Position numbers and translations under genes: made by a program. DNA of 64,000 bases from a bacterium. GTDB taxonomy: Bacteria > Hinthialibacterota > Hinthialibacteria > Hinthialibacterales > Hinthialibacteraceae. Numbering within the stretch: position 1 is the first letter of the stretch; every line of letters starts with the position of its first letter. Below, piece by piece: positions 58,253-64,000 of the stretch. Below the pieces are notes generated by a model, which did not search any database, was not told where the DNA came from, and saw only the letters and a list, made by a program, of their open reading frames with translations. The stretch spans positions 1-64,000 of the forward strand of contig JBHGBC010000004.1 of the NCBI GenBank assembly GCA_041946805.1, written 5' to 3'.

Positions 58253-59407
58253 ATGCGGAATCCAAACTGCATTTCGTTTTTCCTGGCGCTTATCTTCGTG
58301 ACCGGCTGTCTGTCTGGAAAATCCCTTGCGTCCGAAAATGCTGTTTACAGCCCCGCGGACCTGGCCGGGACCTGGCAGGTGAATTCCCTCGCGTCCGGAC
58401 CCGGCGCGCCCTGGTGGGAATACGGCCCGCTAGTGATGGCCGCCGATGGATCCTATCAGGGCGCCCTGGTGGAATATCCCAACCAAGCCGACCCCGTGGA
58501 GGGGCAATTCCAGATCGCTCCGGACGGGATCGTGACTTGGGCCGGCAAGCCACTGGATCCACGGGAAAATGGATTCGGGCGCGGCCACATGACACTGGAT
58601 AAAAACCTGATCGTCATGATCGCCACCTGGTCATCCGCTTCTCCGGGCACCACGCAGATGATCTTGTTCACCCGGCAGGGAGCCGATTACCAGTCGCCGG
58701 ACTTGACCGGAACCTGGCAGGTGAATTCCCTCGCGTCCGGACCCGGCGCTCCCTGGTGGGAATACGGACCGCTGACGATGGCGGCCGACGGCTCCTTCCA
58801 AGCCACGCTCGAGGAATACCGCAGCGAGCCCGATCAAATCGAAGGCCGCATCCAGATCGGCGCCAGCGGCATCGTGACGGCGGCCGGCGCGCCGTTGGAT
58901 CCTCAACTGAGCGGCCTGGGGCGCGGACACATGAGCGCGGACAAAAACCTGATCGTCATGTTGGCCACGTGGACCAGCGATCTCCCCGGCACCACGGAGA
59001 TGAGGGTATTGACCCGGCAGGGCAATACGTATCAATCAACGGACCTGGCCGGATCCTGGCAGGTGCACGCGCTCGCGTCCGGGCTTGGCGCGCCCTGGTG
59101 GGAATACGGCCCGCTGACGATGTCGGAGGATGGGACTTTCCAAGGCTCGCTCATCACGAACCGTGGAGAATCGGACGAAGTGGAAGGGCGGTTTCAGATC
59201 GACGCGAACGGAATTGTGACGGGATCGGGAATCCCGTTGGATCCCCAGTTGAACGATATGGGCCGTGGACACATGGCTCGTAACAAGAACGTGATTGTCA
59301 TGCTGGCCACGTGGGCCACCGGATCACCCGGCACGGCCGAACTCCGTATTCTGACCCGCTCCGCCGCTTCCACGTCCCTCATCAGCGACTGGATGCTGAA
59401 TGAATAA
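58253..59407 (+). CDS. Secreted/lipoprotein with three 114-aa tandem beta-rich repeats
   Basis: GGAGG RBS; DLAGTWQVNSLASGPGAPWWEYGPL repeated at 58358, 58700 and 59042 (342-bp period). Confidence 0.85.
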   Translation: MRNPNCISFFLALIFVTGCLSGKSLASENAVYSPADLAGTWQVNSLASGPGAPWWEYGPLVMAADGSYQGALVEYPNQADPVEGQFQIAPDGIVTWAGKPLDPRENGFGRGHMTLDKNLIVMIATWSSASPGTTQMILFTRQGADYQSPDLTGTWQVNSLASGPGAPWWEYGPLTMAADGSFQATLEEYRSEPDQIEGRIQIGASGIVTAAGAPLDPQLSGLGRGHMSADKNLIVMLATWTSDLPGTTEMRVLTRQGNTYQSTDLAGSWQVHALASGLGAPWWEYGPLTMSEDGTFQGSLITNRGESDEVEGRFQIDANGIVTGSGIPLDPQLNDMGRGHMARNKNVIVMLATWATGSPGTAELRILTRSAASTSLISDWMLNE

Positions 59408-59755
59408 CACAGCACCTCGGGGATGCTTTGGGGATGGATTGGCGCGCAGGACGAAATCCTTCCATGATTCACCCTCCTGGATACAATTCCCACACCGCCG
59501 CGTGGGAGGGAAAAGCAGCCGTTTCGAGATCATGATCCATGGGCAACAAAAGGATGCATCGGCCATTCTTCGATGTGATCCCTTTCAATATGGGGATAAT
59601 GGAGCCGTGTTCTAGGCCTTCTTGATTCCATAGGGCTTTTTCACTCAGAACTCCTACATAGTTTTTTCCATAAGTGCCTTGTTATAAATGCCATGTAATG
59701 ACTCCTCCTATATAATTTCCAGCAGAAGAAAGAAACGCAAAATTCAAAAAAGTAT

Positions 59756-59965
59756 GGTTCATCCGGCCAGTGCGTACCTGCTAGTGAAAAAGATCTTTCA
59801 TCCACTCGCTAATCCGGGTGGACACCAAGGTCCGCCCCTACCATATTTCCCTCACCCTGGCCCTCTCCCGGAGGGAGAGAGGATCAGGGGATTGATTACC
59901 CCGGCCAACCCGACTGAACAGCAGCCGGACATGCTTAAAAAAAGAACGCACTTGCCGGATGAACC
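59756..59965 (+). mobile_element. MITE-like family 2 copy (210 bp) with REP B-A cargo
   Basis: GGTTCATCCGGCCAGTGCGTA ... AACGCACTTGCCGGATGAACC. Confidence 0.72.
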
Positions 59966-59992
59966 AAAAGAATTAAGGAATTCAGAGTAAAA

Positions 59993-60925
59993 TCATATCG
60001 ACGGGGCGCCGGCGGGGTCCAGGAGGATGATGTCCTGGATGCGGCCGTGGTGGATGTCGATCAGGCGCTCGGCTTCTTCCCGGCTGACCTGGTTGAAGTG
60101 CATGACCAGCGCCGTCTTGACCCGGCCGCCGGCTCGTTCGATCAACACGCCGGCCTCATCGTAAGTCAATCCCGTCAACTGCGTAATGATCCGCCGGGAC
60201 CGGTCCTCGAGCTTGTTGCACGTGGCGTTCAGATCGACCATGAGATTCTGAAACACCTTGCCGATCCGGATCATGGCGGTGGTGGTCAGCATGTTGAGGA
60301 CCATCTTGGTGGCGGTGCCCGCCTTCATGCGGGTGGACCCGGTGACGATTTCCGGCCCCACCAGGAGGGTGATGATGACATCGGCTTCCGGAATCGTGTC
60401 CGGATCGGGGGTGCAGGTGATGAAGACGGTCTTCGCCCCGCGCGCGTGGGCCTCCTTCAAGGCCCCCACTACAAAGGGCGTGGTGCTGGAGGCGGCGATG
60501 CCCGTGACCACGTCTTTTTCGGACACGCCGCGTGCCCGTATTTCCTTCGCCCCCTCCCCGGGAAAATCCTCGGCCTTCTCGATCGACTTGCGCAAGGCGT
60601 CCCAGCCGCCCGAGATGATGCCCTGCACCATCTCCGGATCGGTCCCGAACGTCGGGGGGCATTCGGAAGCGTCGAGAACCCCGAGGCGGCCGCTGGTCCC
60701 CGCCCCCACATAGAACAACCGCCCTCCCTGTTGGAAGGCCTTCACGATGAGTTCCACGGCCTCCTCAATATGGCCCAATTCGGGCCCGACAGCCTGGAGG
60801 GCCCGGGCGTCCTCGGAATGAATCAGTTCGAGAATTTCCCGGGTGGACATCCGGTCGACGCCCAGGGACCGGGGATTGCGTTGTTCGGTAAGCAGCGAGG
60901 CCATTTTGGCCGGATCGATTATCAT
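59993..60925 (-). CDS. murQ: N-acetylmuramic acid 6-phosphate etherase
   Basis: TEQRNP, GAGTSGRLGVLDASECPPTFG, GPEIVTGSTRMKAGTATK. Confidence 0.97.
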   Translation of the reverse strand: MIIDPAKMASLLTEQRNPRSLGVDRMSTREILELIHSEDARALQAVGPELGHIEEAVELIVKAFQQGGRLFYVGAGTSGRLGVLDASECPPTFGTDPEMVQGIISGGWDALRKSIEKAEDFPGEGAKEIRARGVSEKDVVTGIAASSTTPFVVGALKEAHARGAKTVFITCTPDPDTIPEADVIITLLVGPEIVTGSTRMKAGTATKMVLNMLTTTAMIRIGKVFQNLMVDLNATCNKLEDRSRRIITQLTGLTYDEAGVLIERAGGRVKTALVMHFNQVSREEAERLIDIHHGRIQDIILLDPAGAPSI

Positions 60926-62439
60926 CCAATTTCCTCGACGATTTGTTCGAAATGCAGCTCGGAGCTGGAGAGGATCTTGAACTCGGCGTTATAGCGATCT
61001 TGCAAGACCTTCATCCGGTTCGTGTATTCCTGATTGATTTTCTCCGCCAGGCGGGGGTGCACGCGCAACACCACGTTTTTGGCTCCCTCCTCGCGGCAGA
61101 TTTCCTCGAAGGTGCGGAAAATCTTGATTATCATCGAATCCACGGAGAGGATGTGCCCCTCCCGCTTGCAATACGGGCAGGGCTGGGTGATGGACTTGTT
61201 GAAACTTTTCCGCACCCGCTTGCGGGTCATCTGCAGCAGGCCCAGTTCCGTCAGCGGATACAGATGAATGCGGGAGCGGTCTTTTTTGAGTTGTTCATGG
61301 AAATGGCGGATCATTTCCTCTTGATGCTCCTTGGACCGCATGTCGATGAAGTCGATGAGAATGATCCCGCCGATGTCCCGGAGGCGGATCTGGCGGGCGA
61401 TTTCGGTCGCGGCTTCCAGGTTGGTCTTGAACACCGTTTCTTCCAGGTTGTATTTGCCGATGTAGCGGCCGGTGTTGACGTCGATGACCGTCATGGCCTC
61501 GGTCTCGTCGATGACGATATATCCGCCGGAATGCAGCCAGATCTTCCGCGTGCGCAGGCTGTTGATGAAGGTTTCCATGCCGTAGGCGCGGAAAATGGAG
61601 GCGGCGTCGTCATACAACGTGATCTGGTGGACCGACTTGGGAAACTGGACCTTGACGAAATCCACGATTTCCGAATAGAGGGAGGGATCGTCAACAACAA
61701 TTTCCTCGATCCCGTCGCTGATCAGGTCCTGGATCAGCAAAAAAACCATGCTCGGATTTTCGTAAAGGAGGGAGGGCGCGGGGCTGGTTTCCCGCTTGAC
61801 CTTGATCCGTTCCCATTCGTTTTGGAGATGGGCCAAATCCTCGCGGAAGGCCTTTTCGTCCAGGTCTTTGCCGGCGGTGCGGATGATGGCGCCCATATTG
61901 TCGGGAAGCAACTGGGTGACGATCTGTTTGAGACGCTCCCGCTCGGTCTCGTCGACGATGCGCCGGGAGACGCCTACGTGCCGGGTGCACGGCAACAGCA
62001 CCACGTAGCGGCCGGGCAGGGAGATGTTGGTGGTGACCCGGCTGCCCTTGGCCCCGATCGGTTCCTTGTAGAGCTGGATGAGAATCTGCTGCCCTTCCTT
62101 GAGCAGGTCGCGGATGGAGACGGGCGGCAGTTCCATGGATTTGATCACCTGGGCTTCCCCGTTGTCCTCGGTGTCGTTCACTTCATCCGCGAGGAAGTCG
62201 AAATCCTGGACATCCGGCAGAAGATCATTGACATAGAGAAACGCGTTCCGGGGCAGGCCGATATCGATGAACGCGGCGTCGATCCCCGGCGTGATGGAAG
62301 TGACAACTCCCTTGTAGATATTGCCGATGATCCGCTCTTCGTTTCTCCGTTCGAAAAAATACTCCGCCAGTTTGGAGTTTTCGATGACGGCGATTCGGAT
62401 TTCGTAATCATCCGCGCTGACTAAAATTCGGCGTTGCAT
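60922..62439 (-). CDS. rng: Ribonuclease G (Rne/Rng family)
   Basis: GNIYKG S1 domain, TEAMTVIDVNTG, LRDIGGIILIDFIDM, CPYC. Confidence 0.93.
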   Translation of the reverse strand: MQRRILVSADDYEIRIAVIENSKLAEYFFERRNEERIIGNIYKGVVTSITPGIDAAFIDIGLPRNAFLYVNDLLPDVQDFDFLADEVNDTEDNGEAQVIKSMELPPVSIRDLLKEGQQILIQLYKEPIGAKGSRVTTNISLPGRYVVLLPCTRHVGVSRRIVDETERERLKQIVTQLLPDNMGAIIRTAGKDLDEKAFREDLAHLQNEWERIKVKRETSPAPSLLYENPSMVFLLIQDLISDGIEEIVVDDPSLYSEIVDFVKVQFPKSVHQITLYDDAASIFRAYGMETFINSLRTRKIWLHSGGYIVIDETEAMTVIDVNTGRYIGKYNLEETVFKTNLEAATEIARQIRLRDIGGIILIDFIDMRSKEHQEEMIRHFHEQLKKDRSRIHLYPLTELGLLQMTRKRVRKSFNKSITQPCPYCKREGHILSVDSMIIKIFRTFEEICREEGAKNVVLRVHPRLAEKINQEYTNRMKVLQDRYNAEFKILSSSELHFEQIVEEIG

Positions 62440-64000
62440 GGGATGCCCGGTTTCATCCAAGAAGAATGTGCGATCAATGGAACCAGCTGATTCTGATCCC
62501 CAAGTGAGAATATGCCCAAACGGCTCAGTTTGTCAATTTGGATCGAGCACTCCAGGAGCGCTTCCAGCTTCTTTTGCAGGATGGCAGCCTTGGTGTATTG
62601 CCCGCCGTTCACGCGGCCGTCGTATTCCAACCGGAACGATCCGCCAGGCAGCGATTCCACCCGGGCGGCAAGCAGCTGGAGTTCCTCCTGGACCTCCGGA
62701 TGCGCCACGATTTCCGCCACGCGCCGCGCCACATCCTCCGGGGCGTTCCGCGCCGAACATTCCACGGCGTAGCGGAAGGCGTGAACCCGGGCGGTGAGTT
62801 TTTTCGCGCCCGCGGCCACCGCCTCGGCTTCCTCGAAGCGGAGTCCTTCCGGACAGAAATTCCGGAGATGGGTGACAAGCGCATCTGGTTCGTAGGTCTG
62901 CTGGAGAACCGCCTCCAGGTATTCAGCTTCGCCCGCCACGCCCACCGGCAAGGGAGCCGCAAAAGTAAACTTGGGCAAGGGATGAAATCCTTCGGTAAAC
63001 ACCAATGGCACGCCGGCCCTACGGAAAATCGATTCCATCAACATCAGGGTATCGTGGTGAGAGGCGAAAATCATAGAGCCGGTCTTACTGAACCGGAAGC
63101 GGTACCGGAAGCCGGTGGAGGCGGTTTCTTCATGGACTGGACGAACCGTCTCGAGAATTCCGCCCGCGATTTCGTGCTCCATGTTGTATTTCGAACGGGG
63201 CGTGGCCTCATGCGCCACCGCGTGCACGGTGACCAGCTCTTCCCCATCACAGACCTTGCATACCCGGCACATTTCGTTGCCGCAATGGCGGCTTTCCTTC
63301 TGGCGGAATGTCTTCTCCCACTCCCGCCACAAATAGCGTTTCGAGACCCGGATGGAGATGGCATCCCAGGGCAGGATGTCTTCCTGTTCGTACGTTTTGG
63401 CCGCGTATTCCCGCAGCGACAAGCCGAGCGCGGCGAACGCCTCGTCCCAGCGTGAATACGAGAAATGCTCTTGCCATTCGTCGAAGCGGGCCCCCCGTTC
63501 CCAGGCGTGTTTGATCACCGCGCCAAGCCGCGCGTCGCCCCGGGACAGCGCGGCCTCGACCAAACTCTTGCCGGGATCGTGCCAGTTGACCTTGATCCCC
63601 GCGGGCTTCAGGCGGGAAGCGATGTAGTTCACCCGCCGGGTGATTTCGTCCCGGTTAATCTGGCCGTACCACTGATAGGCGGTGTGCGGCTTGGGCACAA
63701 AGGGTGAGATCCCCACGTGGATCATGGCCCGGCGCTTGCCCGATTCCCGCAGGATGCGTTTGATATTCAGCACCGTATCGGCGACGCCCTGCAAGTCATC
63801 ATCCGTTTCCGTGGGCAAACCAACCATGAAATAGAATTTCACGGTGTCCTGGTGGGTTGAAATGGATTCGCGCACCTTGGCGTAAATCTCGGCGTCGTAG
63901 ATCAATTTATTGATGGCCCAGCGCAGGCGTTCGGTCCCCGCCTCGGGCGCGAAGGTGAGGCCGGTATGCCGGACCTTGCCGATCTCCTGCGTCACCCGCG
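62421..64000 (-). CDS. Radical SAM protein (TIGR03960-like) fused to radical SAM-linked domain (TIGR03936-like); 5' end outside window
   Basis: TGLTFAPEAGTERLR, YFMVGLPTET, FVPKPHT; RFRFSKTG..FASHHD, FTEGFHPLP; upstream of rng. Confidence 0.88.
   Translation of the reverse strand, partial: RVTQEIGKVRHTGLTFAPEAGTERLRWAINKLIYDAEIYAKVRESISTHQDTVKFYFMVGLPTETDDDLQGVADTVLNIKRILRESGKRRAMIHVGISPFVPKPHTAYQWYGQINRDEITRRVNYIASRLKPAGIKVNWHDPGKSLVEAALSRGDARLGAVIKHAWERGARFDEWQEHFSYSRWDEAFAALGLSLREYAAKTYEQEDILPWDAISIRVSKRYLWREWEKTFRQKESRHCGNEMCRVCKVCDGEELVTVHAVAHEATPRSKYNMEHEIAGGILETVRPVHEETASTGFRYRFRFSKTGSMIFASHHDTLMLMESIFRRAGVPLVFTEGFHPLPKFTFAAPLPVGVAGEAEYLEAVLQQTYEPDALVTHLRNFCPEGLRFEEAEAVAAGAKKLTARVHAFRYAVECSARNAPEDVARRVAEIVAHPEVQEELQLLAARVESLPGGSFRLEYDGRVNGGQYTKAAILQKKLEALLECSIQIDKLSRLGIFSLGDQNQLVPLIAHSSWMKPGIPCNAEF

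Noticed and set aside
5203..59965. CRISPR array or integron attC interpretation of the repeats
   Set aside because: Repeats are dispersed, not regularly spaced with unique spacers; no cas or integrase gene; no consistent RYYYAAC/GTTRRRY ends
5265..59990. Short ORFs containing PSPWPSP / PHPGPLPEGEG / LSLWER (e.g. 5265, 8626, 19972, 22188, 38520, 38622, 41172, 55477, 59688)
   Set aside because: Translations of REP family A in different frames; no RBS or independent coding signal
10863..62424. Long antisense ORFs (e.g. 10863-12260, 13908-15659, 33382-34920, 48048-49721, 60943-62424)
   Set aside because: Expected shadows of real genes in high-GC DNA; no recognisable motifs

Overview
GC-rich bacterial chromosomal segment. 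The repeated GFTLIELLIVVAIIGILAAIAVPNF prepilin paralogues, the cohesin/dockerin protein and a C-terminal Trp tail recall Hinthialibacterota/Sumerlaeota-like candidate phyla; this placement is inference only. Housekeeping content: ylxM-ffh, rpsP-khpA-rimM-trmD-SPOUT-rplS, leuCD, hppA, radical SAM-rng-murQ, cfa, a sigma-70 factor, and a thioesterase-iorAB-CoA binding-paaK-ACT-paaK operon. Accessory content: a sulfated-polysaccharide cluster (two sulfotransferases, Wzc-like pseudokinase, Wzx, Wzy, and a GT4 that appears to start at ATT), three prepilin-like genes, a cohesin-dockerin-dockerin-cohesin surface protein, two novel repeat proteins, and a ligand-less MBL fold fused to a 2-hydroxyacid dehydrogenase. 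The most striking non-coding signal is that many larger intergenic spaces are mosaics of at least five REP-like palindrome families, about 40 units counted by eye. Several mosaics sit inside three distinct MITE-like elements defined by terminal inverted repeats, and the window encodes no transposase. A stand-alone structured ncRNA candidate with a terminator lies at about 38137-38295. No rRNA, tRNA or CRISPR array was seen.
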